DNA of 63,830 bases, filler included, from Bigelowiella natans CCMP2755 (lineage: Eukaryota > Protista > Cercozoa): NCBI GenBank assembly GCA_000320545.1. It is 7 parts of 7 records of this genome, joined end to end, with 100 filler letters (N's around TTAATTAATTAA, not from the genome) between each part and the next. Parts side by side here need not be neighbours in the genome. Positions count along the whole stretch, not along the records: positions 1 to 10,892 come from ADNK01001347.1; positions 10,993 to 38,023 come from ADNK01003156.1; 5 more parts are not named here. One strand, given 5' to 3'. Shown piece by piece: positions 1-12,740 of the stretch; within the stretch, counting starts at the first letter, position 1, and each line of letters begins with the position of its first letter. The translations under genes and the position numbers were made by a program. The notes beneath the pieces are model-generated. The model ran no database searches and was not told the origin of the DNA. It saw only the letters and a list, made by a program, of their open reading frames with translations.

Positions 1-1086
1 CCTGTCACGACTACACTAACCATAATATCAGACATAAATATCGATACTAAATAATATACTATATCTTTATCACAGTTGTAAACGTACAATTTGAAGAATG
101 GCAGGTGGTTGCTTCTTCAGCCACCTTTCCGATCTGAGGGAGGGAGGGAGGGAGGGGGGGGGGGGAGGGATTGGGTTTGGAGGGGGAACTCTAAGTGTAT
201 GCTACGTATCTATACTGTCTGTACTACCGAACCTATTGACATATTGCCCGAAAGGAGGTGGCAGAATAGGAAGGACACCTGGGAGTGTAGAGGGTAATCA
301 ACGTTCAAAATATTCCAATTACCTGTTATTCCGGTACCGAAATACATCGACCCCATGGCCAAGCAACCACCTGACGCAATCAATACATCGAATTATATCC
401 TGAATGGGGCGCCAAAAGCGATACAGATGCGATGATGCAGTAGAGGCCATTCTACGACAGAATACGAGAACAGGCCAACCAGGAGCACGTGGTAGCTCCA
501 AGCAAGAGTCGACGTTTCGTGGCAAACCCTCGCAAACGCCCCCTCGCCACAGTCCATGATATAACACGTTTAATGTACAGGTGTCAGGACAATCGGCTGG
601 CGAATGGCGGAGAGTCCTCAACCGACCAATACGACTCCATCGCTGCATCATCGTGGCTGATATGGGCTCTGGAAAGCTGCCTTTAGACGAAAATCCACTG
701 CTAATTATATCCTGCGACATCAATATTCAGAGGTAGCAAGGGTGTGTTGCAGGGCGTTTGTCGACATCCGAGCTTTTTCTCTCTTAGTCAAAAATAGATC
801 CCAAGACACACGATAATAATCGTGCAGCTGGGGAAAATTCTGGGTTGCTGAAATACTGGATCGGAGGCACACAGATGCTTGGGTGCGTTTGATTATAGGA
901 ATAAACTTCTGGATTATTTTCCCAAGTTTGATTATAAGCGCCCACACCCAAAAAACAATAACAACAACTTCTAGTTAATTTAGTAATTAATATTTAGTAG
1001 TTTTTGGGTGTATCCATCCACGGTACAATCGCAGTACTAACTCGGCGCTCTCGCTCGCTCATTCTTGAAGCGCTTGTGTTGCAGCA

Positions 1087-1560
1087 ATGGCGGTCAGTTT
1101 TCGGCTGTACTATCGTATATACGTCCTGTTTCTCTGATCTACTTTGATCCTTCATGTTCCATTCTTATTTGCCAGAAAGATTCCTCCCCTTAAATCGTGA
1201 TTTTATTCGCAGAGTGTGACAAAAGAGTCCTTGTCCAAGGCGCTAGCCGAAAGATTGAAGGGCCTACAGCAGTGCATAGTGGTTGATACTTCAGGTGGCT
1301 GCGGCTCTGCGTTCGAGCTATATCTTGTCACCAAGGAGTTTGACGGGGTTTCACTATTGGAACGCCACCGAATGGTGCAAAACCTTCTAAAGGAAGAAAT
1401 TAAGGTGGCTGCTTTCCGATTAATTGTCCCAGCTATCGAATCATTTTTTTTAATGTTTCAGCAAATTCACGCCCTGTCGATGAAGACATGGACACCGGAA
1501 CAGTGGAGCAAGAAAAAACAAAAGTTGCCTAAGGAACTGCTTGACGAAAAGCAGTCATGA
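1087..1560 (+). CDS. BOLA2: BolA2-like protein (3 exons: 1087-1092, 1213-1404, 1462-1560; 98 aa)
   Basis: GT-AG introns at 1093-1212 and 1405-1461 give MASVTKESLSKALAERLKGLQQCIVVDTSGGCGSAFELYLVTKEFDGVSLLERHRMVQNLLKEEIKQIHALSMKTWTPEQW..., with the BolA2 DTSGGCG, RHR and IHAL motifs. Confidence 0.93.
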
Positions 1561-1699
1561 ACCCTTTGGAGCTCGTTTCGAAGTAGCTACAACTAGATAT
1601 TAGTACAGATCATCACAGGAACATTAGCAGGTGTTCTATGTATATTTCTCATGGATATATCTATTTAGCATAATCAGTTCTCTATACGTCGAGCTCGAT

Positions 1700-2450
1700 G
1701 TAATAATGCGCTCACATGGACAGTACGTGGATTTGAAGCATGAACAGCATGGCGCATCGCAGCAATGACTTTCTACATGTCAATGTGCGCACGTGTGTGT
1801 ATGCACTGTGGTACTCTCACGTACAGAAACCGACAATGCATGCATGTTTGTCATGCATGATTCTGGAAAAGGTGCTGAAAGTCCTGACATCGTCGATCTA
1901 GATCGTGACACGGTATTCTCTAGCTAGCTACACTATGCTAGTATAGTGCTAGCTAGCTAGCATGTCTAGATGTGCGTGTGTAAGACGGATGCAATGAAAT
2001 GTTTAATTTTTTTCAATGGTCATCCTAATGTAGCTGTGCAAAGCAGCGGCTACAGCGCTCGCAAGTTGTATCTATTTGTTTCCAGTGTCACGTGTATGCA
2101 GGTGTAAAGCTCACCTGCCAACTAGCAGTCTAGATGAACACACCTGAGCAGCTATCCCCGCGGAAGCACATACACATGTAGGGCTAGCGAGTACACAGAA
2201 CTGTAGTGTTTTGTAATGTGTGGCATCGGCCTCTGATGAGCACATCTAGGCAAGTAGATCTTGAGATGTTGCAGCAACAACACAGCAAGCATCCTAGATC
2301 TCTGCTTATACTACTGCTTATAGTACGTATCCTATTCAGACATAATAGACGCCACATGCGCGAAGTGTGCATGTCTAGTATATCTAGATATCTCTCAATA
2401 TATGATACTTTTATTTCTATATGTACACTGATTTTCATGTTAAAATGAAC
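1700..2450. other. CpG-poor, CTAG/TGCA/CATG-rich intergenic island
   Basis: Runs such as ctagctagctacactatgctagtatagtgctagctagctagcatgtctaga; no credible ORF; lies between the convergent 3' ends of BolA2 and MUS81. Boundaries approximate. Confidence 0.7.
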
Positions 2451-2509
2451 ATAAATGTATTGCTACCATAGTTCATTATCATTACGATCATCATGTATTT
2501 GAGTCATCA

Positions 2510-3920
2510 TTACAGCGTGCTACGACAGACAATCAAGGAGTCAGACCGTGTAACCATCGCTAGGGTCTGCAGGAAAGCCTTCGCCTGTTTCTGCATTCTA
2601 AAATTCGTCGCTGAGTAGTCCTCTCTCATGTTGAAAAGGACGATGAGTGTTCGGCAGATCTCAATCATACTGCTGTATATCGGCACTCCCGCCCCCATGC
2701 TGCGCTCGACTCGCCTCTTCCACTTTTCAACAGCTCGGCTCAGAGAGGAAGGGAAAATCACAACACGGCGAATCCGCTCTCGACGAGGCAGTAGCGGGCG
2801 CCGACGACATGCTTCGGCATCCTCTGCTTCTAGATCCCAATCGATCATTGACTGCATCGCTTGGTGCGCCAGGTCCACGACGCCCATCCCCTCCCCGACG
2901 GCCTCCAAGACTTTCATAACATGTCCAAAAACAAACTCCCATTCGACCCAATAAGCTCTGATAGTCGAGGATTGGCCTCTGCGACTTCCACTACAGTTGC
3001 GGATAGCGAACATCTCCGCGTAGGGAGTCCTTTGTCGCTCGCCCCCCCCCTCGCCATCCTGCTTCTCCGACTTCTTCGCCTCTTTGGTATCGCCGCCCTC
3101 TAGCTCCCCGAAGACCTCCAGGTGCATCCCGAGGCCTTCGATTTTGGCTTGCTCAGAGAACATGCGCGAAAGCGACCTGGACACTCTGAGGCGCAGCGTT
3201 CGCCGCTTGTCCTCCTCCTCCGGGCTTGCCGGATTAACCAACACTGGCATCATATCGACCTCATGCTCGCAGCAGACAGCACGCCAAGCCTTCGCTGATG
3301 CTTCCTCTCCGACGACGTGGGCGAGGAGGGGGATGCGCAGCTCGGTTTTATCACACAGATCGAACGTGCGGCGGAGGGTTTCCAAGTTAAAGCGCATTGC
3401 TAACGCGTCTGCCTCATCGTGCGACAGCCCGGCGTCGATCAGTGTCGCGCGGAGCTCCGCTCTCCTTTGGCTGGCCTTTCTCTTGCTGCCGTCAGTCTTG
3501 ACCTTCCGCGCATCAATCCCAAAAGACCGCGACCAAGGCAGCTTTGCTGGAGGGGCTCCGGGCGAGGAATGTGAAAGGATGAGCGATATTGTAGATATCA
3601 GTCTGTAGTAAGGGAGGGGAAGGAGGAGGGCGGGGACCGGGGGGGGGGGAGTGTTTGAATGCATAAGCGTTAGGATATATAAATAGTGTGGAGACGAGGA
3701 GAAACTTTTGGAAATGAAGGTATTGCTACGGCAAATTCATTTGTGAAACTCCAACGAATGGATGCTTTTTAAATTGTTTGATTTCGGATTGGTGACCGGC
3801 ATGTAAGCTGCCCGTCATTGGTGAGCAGCACCCTCAGCCCCTCGAACCCATAGGCGTGAGGCGCTACGACAAAGCGTGCTAGTAAATCTAGCAGGTCAGC
3901 CTGTTCTTCGACCAGGTATC

Positions 3921-3997
<77 letters not shown>

Positions 3998-6900
3998 TAT
4001 ATCTTATTCAAATACAATACTACAGCCTGCTGTTTTGCCATAAGATGTAAGTTGTGCGTGGTTCTTCTTACGGGTTTCGGTCTTGCTCATCGTGCCGCTT
4101 GTCGAACGCTTGGTAGCCTCCGACGATTTCAATGTCGCCCTCCAACAGCATGAAGGCGTACCCGACCCTCGACTGAGACAGACGCTGGGCTTGCTCCGCG
4201 TGCGCGGGGGGGTTGCCCCCTCTGCGGGCGGATCGACTCACAAGATCTAGGAGGAAAAATCGTCATATCATCATCATCATCATCATCGTTATCATCTTTG
4301 CTACTAACTTTAATTATCCCCCCACCCCCCATCCAAATACTGCATCTCCTCTCTACAGGCTAGAACATGGGTTTCAAGCGGCGTCGACGGAGGAGACATG
4401 AATCACCTCCCAGGCGCTTCCTTTCCATCAGGCAAAGCACTTGCTCTATCCTCTCCTCCACCCCCCCCCCCCTTGCCGGTGATAGAATGCCGTGGAACGC
4501 GAAATCGCCGAGCGTGAGGTCGTAGGTGTCGGTGCCAATGCGGGGAAGAAAGGAGTTGTCGCGCGCTCGCTGCTTGGCGTCCATCGCGAGGAGCTCCTTG
4601 ATGACCGGCGGAACGCCATCTACAAATGACCGCGGGTCGTTGTTCTTTCTCCGCTCTCGATTATCGAGGACAACCACCAATCTCTCCCACTGCTGGGAGG
4701 AGCCAGAAGGAGAGCGGGGTCTTGCTTGCTGCTGCCCCTTCCTGTCGTTAATGCTTTTATTGCTGTTGCCACCACGACTAGTATCAGGCACCGTAGATAC
4801 GACAGCCCTCTCCTCGCTCCCCCCGCTCTCCCATTTCACCCTTGCCAGGCTGCTTTTCCAATCCTCCTCCTCCTCCTCCTCCTCCTCCTCCTCCTCCTCC
4901 TCCCCCCACAGCTGCTCTATCGTCGTCTTTGGTGAAGTCGAAGTCGACGTAGTCTCCGGAATGATTTGGTTTCATTGGCTCCTTCTTTCGTCTCTTCGGA
5001 GGGGGGGGGCTGATGGGAGTGTTATCCCTGCCCCGATCGCTCTTATTTTCGAACGCACCGGCCTTTTCATTGCGCCTCTCGCATTTGCTGTGGTGTCTCT
5101 GCGTGCTACACGCACTGCACTGAGAGAAGGACAGGCATTCCACACTGGTTGGCTGGTTGTAAAACGTGCACTTGGAGCATTCCCACTTCAACGGAGTAGT
5201 GCGGTCACTGCCCCCCATTCGCTTTAACCGTTGGTGTTTAGTCACGACCTGGGTGCCGGTATCCTCCTCGTCCTCGTCAATAATAAACAAGGTTCGATGG
5301 ACCCGTTTTGGCTCAGCTGAGCGAGGTCTCTTACTGCCTCTCCGTTTCTCCTTACGCCTGCTACTGCTGCTCTTGCTGCTGCTGCTGCTGTGTCTTGGCA
5401 CCGATTGGATCAATTTTGCGCGCTTCCTGCGCAGTTCCTTCTTGCTCATCCTGGGAGGGGACTTCATGCTGCTCGTCATTGCTGTGGAAGCATCGCGGTT
5501 GTGCACGTTTCGGGGGTTCACGTAAGTCTCTGGCATCAGAGGATTTGTGGGTTGTAAAAGTTCGTCGATGGGGTCGACACTGAGCGGCGCGTCCGCATGT
5601 CTTCTGCCTGGGAGCGTGCTCTTTCCTTCGGATCTTGGACAGGGATGCAGGTCTCCCCTGTTCCGGTGGCCACCTACGTGGTTAAATCTTGCCAGCATAT
5701 CTCGAGTGAATTCTCTCCCTCGATTCGTGAGATGGAACTCATTTTTGGAAGAAGTCCACCCTCGCGATGTCCTTCTCCTATATGTGCGAATCACAAGTCC
5801 GTACTTCTCTAACGTATCGATGCCCTTCCAACCACCGAAACGCCGCCCGGCGGAAAAATCAGCTGACGGTTATACGAATGTTTCTATCAGGGTCAATGCC
5901 GTAAATTGTGAGCATTCTTCCATTGCAATTACCTTCCATCGCCTCGTCGCAGTGTTTCTGGGCTCCTGCGATGATCTCGTCCTTGTACATGAATTCCCGT
6001 TGGGAGTAGTGAAATGCTAGCAAAATTGCATAGGCCCCGCCCCGCTTCTTGATCGTTCGAACGTAGGGATGTTCAACCCTATGAAATGCATCCTCTCGAT
6101 CCGTTGGATCATAGCCTTTGGGGATGACTGGTTCTATGATTTATCGCACATTATTTAGAAGAATCAGATATATAAGACGGCGGCGTGATGGCAGTGTTGA
6201 TCGTTGATAGCAGGTCCGGCGTGACCATACCCTGACCCAACCGTGTTGTGATTCTACGTTCCACATCACCATTGGTAGTGTTCTGTGTAGAGAATTCGTC
6301 GAGAGAAGTGGTTTCATGCGGTGAGCTAATCCCCACCTTCGTTGGAAATGATTCTTCTACAAATGGCATCCGGAATACAAGCAAGTCCTCTTGGTAGGTT
6401 GACGATGCGTCCATTGTTAAATTTATAGATGTCCTTTCGGACCGCTTGAACTAGCTCGAGGGCTCTTTCCCATTGGAACCATCTGCTCCTGGAAACGACA
6501 CCAAAAGGTTTTTGGGTATTCCAGAATAATATCACCCCACCACAATAGCTACAATAGAATAAGATTTCCTCTTCGTTCCTCAGCTTCCTCCCCATTCTCC
6601 TTGCCATCACCACCACCACCACCACCACCATCATCATCATCATTATCATCATGAGCCTTTCATTCCACAATCATAACATTTTATTTCCCCCTTACTTTCC
6701 TTCCAATCTTGCTTTGTTCATACGCGCCCGGAGCCCACGAATTAGGTCCTGATTGCGTGCCTTCCTTGGCATGCTGGGGGGTGCTTCGATTTACCACCCT
6801 AGCGATGCTGTTTGGGCTTCTAAGATTCAGTTCTTCTAAGATCCAGTTTCGGAAGTGGAGCGAAAGAATTTCGCGCCGAATAATCCATGTGATCAATATA

Positions 6901-7091
6901 CATGTTGTCGCGTGAATGCGTTCCGTGTTGACCTTTGCATTGAGGAAGTAGCAGACTAATCCTTGCCGGTGCTTGAGGTGCTCATCATTTCTCAAATTTC
7001 TCAAATCCGAAGAGGATGTTGGGAGAGTGAAAACTCTCTGGAGACTCTCGAAGTGATGGTGATTTCTCGAGATTTCCTGAGGATTTCTCAA
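2510..7091 (-). CDS. MUS81: MUS81 crossover-junction endonuclease (multi-exon; start codon not resolved)
   Basis: Exons read in the expected order: N-terminal HhH-like WFQWERALELV...IPDAICRRI; winged helix PYVRTIKKRGGAYAILLAF / MYKDEIIAGAQKHC / GWKGIDTLEKYGLV / EFHLTNRGREF; ERCC4 core VVLDNRE...LGDF...ERKRLG|DLVS...EQAQRL...MLLEGD (splicing restores ERKx3D); C-terminal HhH-like region in ORF 2510-3664. Confidence 0.88.
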
Positions 7092-7199
7092 AATTTTCGG
7101 AGACTCTCAATGGGTCGGTGACCCGTCCGTGGACCGTCGAATGGATGCAGCCTTTAGGAAGTTCCCACTCAGAGTGAATGCTTTGCGTCGACGCCACAT

Positions 7200-8300
7200 T
7201 GCTGTCATTCATGCTGCTCCACAATAGTCAGAATGCCATTCTTTGGTTCCTTCTGGTTTCACTAGTTGGACCTCACTGAAGCTAGTTCGAGGCACTGCAT
7301 GCGTTCCGCACACTGCAAGTTTCTTGCAACAATTTGGGCAATGCAGTTTGTCATCATTGTTCATTGTTAATTGTTCAGTTCGAGGCACTGCGTTTCACAC
7401 ACTGCAAACGTCTTGAAACGTTTTGGAAGTGTGGTCAATCATCTTTGTTTCACCAGTTTGTTTCTCGATCAGTTTCAGAGTTGCAGGAGCAAACGCAAGC
7501 CTGAAAGCGTGTGCGTGTCGATGCGTGCCATAGTTCACGCGCGCGATTCGACGCAACAATGTGCGGTGAATAGACAACCTTTGCACAAAGCACAAACGCT
7601 TCAATTGCATAGTGGCTCACTAGCTCAGGCGGGCTAGCTAGCTAGCGGGTGCGCTAGTGCGTCCAGGCTGCACGTGGCAGGCTCTGCTAGGGCTCCCGCC
7701 AGCTATGACAGGGTCAGAGGGGTTTAGGTGTGTGTGTGCAGTCCAGCAGCAGTGTGGTGGTGTACAGTCGCATTGCATTGCATTTTCACTGCTAGACTAC
7801 GACAGCACTAGCCAGGCAGCGTTCACGCAGGCGGGCGAGCTTCGCTAGTTTGTGCGGCGGCGCACGCAGCTAGCTAGCGACAGACGTGCACAGCATCACA
7901 GCATGCACTGCAAAGCATGCGTCCACACGCTCACCGACGATCACTCGCTCATGCACGCATGCGCTTTGTGTTGTGCTAGTCTAGTAGTCATAGTCTAGTA
8001 GTGTGCGATGGGGCACCGACGATGCTTCTACTGCTACACAGCACATGTTGTGCACCGCTGGTTGCGTTGCGAGCAATGATTCAGCGCACCATGTGGCCAC
8101 ACGAATAATAACTTCAAAAACAATCACTCGTTTATTACATCGATCACATGGCATCCACTAGTCAAGCACGCCCACGCAGTTGTGTGTGCTCGACCATTGT
8201 GCTTAAATGAAAACTTACATGGCACTACGTTCATTTGAGCAGGAAGGAATTTGCTACTAGCATCATAGTCATGCATCGAATGCAGCCATTCTGCCTACGG
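7200..8300. other. CpG-poor, TGCA/CTAG-rich intergenic island with a diverged ~93-bp tandem duplication
   Basis: High tgca/catg/ctag content (e.g. 7610-7660, 7970-8000); agttcgaggcactgc occurs at 7284 and 7377. Boundaries approximate. Confidence 0.65.
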
Positions 8301-8529
8301 AAGGCGGGGCTGCATGAATTTAGTACTGGCACATTGCCCTAGTAAAATTCTACTCCAAAGACTCGCCATACTTATTTTTTATTTTTGTCTTCACTTCTTC
8401 CTTCTCTTCGTCCCACTTGAACGCCTTTTTAATTGCATGGAAAGGGAAACATATAATTAGATTGGGTACTCACTTTATGTATCCACATGCTCAAAGGTTG
8501 GAAAAAGGAAAGTAATAATATTCCTCGAA

Positions 8530-8581
8530 TCAAACAGAATCAGAATATTGAGAACTGGCTACGCATACAACAAACGCAATT

Positions 8582-8630
<49 letters not shown>

Positions 8631-10300
8631 ACGGACAGGGTACCGAGAGGACAGTTTTTGAGAAATTTTCTTTATCAGATACACTCCCATAGCATATCAC
8701 TGCAATATCACAATTGCATCCTTTTGTAAGTTTGACCAACTGTAATATTTGGTCACAGTTCAGGAGATGCGACGAGCAAACAGCCGTGATTCTACGAAGC
8801 TTGTCTTTATCCTTCCGGTACGCAGCCATTCCAAGACTGGCAAAATGTAGATAAAATGTGTACACACACTCGCATTCAAGGTCCAAATCGAAGGAGATCC
8901 CCATAGCTCTCAAAAGGCCAAATGATTATATCACGAGAAGTCCGGGGGAAAGTTTTGTTTAACATGTACCTGTTGACTAGGTCTTTAAAGTTGTTCGAGT
9001 CGAAACTGAGCATTAGAAAGATGTAACGCCAACTATCATAACGTGGCGATCTAACTTTGCCAATCATACAAACCTTGGTTTCTCCTTTTTCTCTCCACTC
9101 TCTGTCTTTCCATCGGACAGAAAACTATTGCACGCACAAAGAGAAGATTCAGACACCGCTCCAGCTTGGCGGCGGGTATTTACTTCAAAGGGTGCGTACT
9201 TTCTACTCAACATTCGGACGTAGACCGCCTAATATTTCAACGCCCTACCTCATTCTTTGTTGAAGCGTTGCTCAGGAACGGGAAGGGGAGGCGGATCGAA
9301 AAGCAACACAACACAGGCTTGATTCCTTTTTGTCGTATCCCGAAGGCCATTCTGTCTTTTACTGCCTGCGACACGGTGTAATTGCTTGTCGTAGGACTAA
9401 AACCGCCAAGAATATTGCCAGAAACATTCGAAACGCCGGAACTGGTTATTCGGAAGGATGGTGGCGCTGTGCCGTCAGCTGGGAGGCCACCCCCGCCGTC
9501 TTACCGCGACAGCCGTGTGCATCACTTGGGCCCTATCCCTTTGCTTCGGGAGGCTTCAGCCGAGCGGGAGAATCCTAATGCAGGCCCAGGATGGCGATGA
9601 AGTTGGTACAGATCGCGTTTCGTTGCCCACTTTTCACGATGGGGCAGGCTGGAGCGAGAGAGGGATATATACGCAGGCATGAAATAATGTTGTAGGCTGC
9701 GCGGTGAGAGAGATGAGGGTAGGGGGCGGGTCGAACACCTTGGTAATCATAATTTTGCTGCTATTATCGGGCAGGTCGAACCTCTGCTGCCCCATCGCCA
9801 AGATTTTCGATCTCCCCTCCTCCAAAATTTTCCCTTCAACAAAGGACTCCGAGGTTCTCCTAGTGCTAGCTTGCATGTTGGTTAGCAAACCATCAACGCC
9901 ATTCCAATTTTTCTTCCTTCCCTTCTCTTTTCTCCTCCTTATACTCAGCTATGATAGTCCCCCATCCAAGGGGACGTACGACGATCATGACGCAGAAGGA
10001 AATCAAGGAAAACCTTACAATGGCGGCCACTACAGGAAAAACGGGGACAGGGTAGATCACTCCCAACCGCCTTTACGGACCGCAGGGAAAGGAGAACAGG
10101 AGGATGCCCAGAGTGGAACAGCCTACGAGAATGGTAAAAAGGGCGCTTCTGAGATTGAGAACATCCCGAACAACGACATGCGAGAAGACAGAGCGGATCG
10201 AGCTCCAGGAGGGACAATGGAAGGCAAGGGATATGATGATAGGAGGGAACCAACTACCCACCGTGAATCCAAAGAAATCCGGAATAACGATGCTCCCATC
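8530..10300 (-). CDS. Hypothetical multi-exon membrane protein (exon chain incomplete)
   Basis: Hydrophobic exon DGSIVIPDFFGFTVGSWFPPIIISLAF...ALFTILVGCSTLGILLFSFPCG (about 10075-10300) and a C-terminal LNCDQILQLVKL...DIAVICYGSVSDKENFSKTVLS segment reminiscent of DUF4476-like repeats; splice sites only partly identified. Confidence 0.4.
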
Positions 10301-10766
10301 AAAAAGAGGGGAAGGGGGGGAGAGGAGGAGGAGGAGAATGATGAAGAGAAATCTGTTGTGGACTTCGATGCTGATGGTGCCGCATACTAACTACTTCATT
10401 TTACATATCACCGAACATAAATTCACTTTCTTGTGTGCGTTGGCTGGTGTTGCACGCGTGGCCGAAATACAGAGTGTGCCTACTTGATGGGGGGCGGCGG
10501 AATAGCCAACGAAAAGGTCGAACGCTTCTCAAGATGCTCGACGTATCTCCGAGACACACGATTCACAATCTACGGTCGGTATTGAGAGGAATGAACAAGG
10601 CCCGAAAATTTAAATTTCAACTGTTTTTCTTTTATGTGTGTGGGTGTGTGTCCGTGGCTGGTACTCTTACGCATAGTTCGTCATTGCTGTAGGAGGACCG
10701 GAGGACCGGAAGCTTTGCAGATTGTTGATGGACGTTATTCTTAGCCACAGGAAAAGAAAGTACTAC

Positions 10767-10812
<46 letters not shown>

Positions 10813-10892
10813 CTTCTTCACCACACACTACACACGCACACACACACGCACACACACACACACACACATTTTTTTTTATTATATTCTTTTTC

Positions 10893-10992
10893 NNNNNNNN
10901 NNNNNNNNNNNNNNNNNNNNNNNNNNNNNNNNNNNNTTAATTAATTAANNNNNNNNNNNNNNNNNNNNNNNNNNNNNNNNNNNNNNNNNNNN
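10893..10992. other. Artificial contig linker
   Basis: 44 N + TTAATTAATTAA (stops in all six frames) + 44 N. Confidence 0.99.
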
Positions 10993-11569
10993 GAAAAGAG
11001 GAACACCATCTTCACACAGCAATGACCACTAATAGTCAACAACGCAGCGCTTACCTCCATCTCCGGCCACTTTGGGAATTGCTGCCAGAAGTAGGAGTCA
11101 ATCGCAATTGTCGTGCTTACGCTCACTACTGACGATATTACACCCATACGGAGGACGCTACCCCACTGGAATCGCCCGAGGAGGAGCTGCACGAGACAAA
11201 GAGGTAAAGTTGCGGGAAAAGATACAACATCATCACCATCGTCACCACCACCACCACCATTATGATCATCATCATGTTCATTATCCCTATTAACCATCAT
11301 CATATGCACTATAGATTCTATCGTCCCTTTCAATCGCAGTTTGGTAATTACAATACCGAAGAAAGGAGTAGCGGTGCTGCCAGCAGGATGCAATCGGCCC
11401 TGAAGATGGAGCATGCGCACGCGAGGAAACTCACGCACTCGCCTCCTCGATCTTTCATCCAGGAAGATAAGGCAAGGTTCATCAGAGCCAATGCAAATCT
11501 GGATGGAAAGAAGGAAAAGCGTTTGATTTCCATGTATACGGTGGACACACATTTCATTTTGAATATTCT

Positions 11570-11608
<39 letters not shown>

Positions 11609-12247
11609 AACCCTAGTTTTCCTCCGCTCGCCACCCTATATAATTCCCTACGTGTTTGCTAGCGGGCGCGACATGTAGAAGGGGAGATGAAACTGGCAGC
11701 AACATACGAGCGCTGTGAACACAGATGAGTAGAACCGATAGCGACTCCCCTGTCCCCCTAACGTGCTCGCGAAGAATGATCTCCGGAACTGCCCGAGGCT
11801 AAGGCTCGAAATACCTCCTAACACTAACCGCGCCGCAAATAGTTGGTTCGGCTTCGAAAGCCGCAGAATAAGCGAAATCGGTTTGACAATAATCGAGAGT
11901 ATAATCGGTCCTACGAAGGTTCTGGGCACCACTCCAGGAAACTCGAAATGATCATATGACGGCAAGGCTGATTGCTGATGAGGGGTGGGTAGACGGAAGA
12001 GGTGAGGTTTATATATTCAGCACAAAAAATGAAGCATAGCCGCGTGTGGCCGCCGTTTCGATGGAATTCTGCTGCAGTTTTACAGAGATTGGGGTGACAG
12101 AACCTTAACGCCGAAGGTGAGGATATCGTGTGTAGCCTGTGTGTTGAAGCTTTCCTCGACCTTTGTGTAAGGGCAGAGCCACAACAACACACCTACGAAC
12201 CAGAAGGTGATGGTATCCAGCCCGAAGTCCCACCAGTCCGAAACCAT
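10993..12247 (-). CDS. ALG12: ALG12 alpha-1,6-mannosyltransferase (5' part; truncated at contig end)
   Basis: ATG at 12247 gives MVSDWWDFG...LCPYTKVEESFNTQATHDIL; later exons YDHFEFPGVVPRTFVGP, QFHLPFYMSRPLANT and IAIDSYFWQQFPKWPE are ALG12 hallmarks. Confidence 0.93.
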
Positions 12248-12740
12248 GCGTAGTATTTCCCCGACTCAATCAGCAGCGCGGTTCCGGGGGGCGGAGATGA
12301 GGCAACCCGATTTCCGCGTCATCAACTTGATGGGCATAAACGCAGGGCATTTTCTCCAAACGGTATCCGAAATTCTGAGATTTCTTGTCGACAAGAGATA
12401 CAGAAGGGTTTCACAACTGACGACATCACCTAAATCCAAATTTTCTCTACGAATGCGCTTTCTACCTTCGCGAACCCTTGTTTTATGCTAAGAATTCCGT
12501 CAGAGAAGATATTATCATACGACTCCTATTTAGCCTTGATTTAGGCTGCGACAACGCTGTTCAACATGGTTTCGCAGGGGGAAAACTGAATATTGCGCGA
12601 TGATGTAGCGCTTCGATCGTCTTAGTTGTTGCTACGGTACATTAGATATTCGAACATATCTGACGAGATCGAGATACCCAGAACTCAAAACTCTTCCTCC
12701 AACCAACCCTTCCTCTCAAGCAACCCTTCCTAGAGCAAAC

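Noticed and set aside
1-950. Overlapping ORFs on both strands, including a possible 21-nt GT-AG intron near 438-458
   Set aside because: No consistent exon chain or recognisable motif; strand could not be decided.
10893-10992. Palindromic TTAATTAATTAA recurring six times as a biological repeat
   Set aside because: Always centred in exactly 44+44 N; it is a six-frame-stop concatenation linker, so adjacency across it has no biological meaning.
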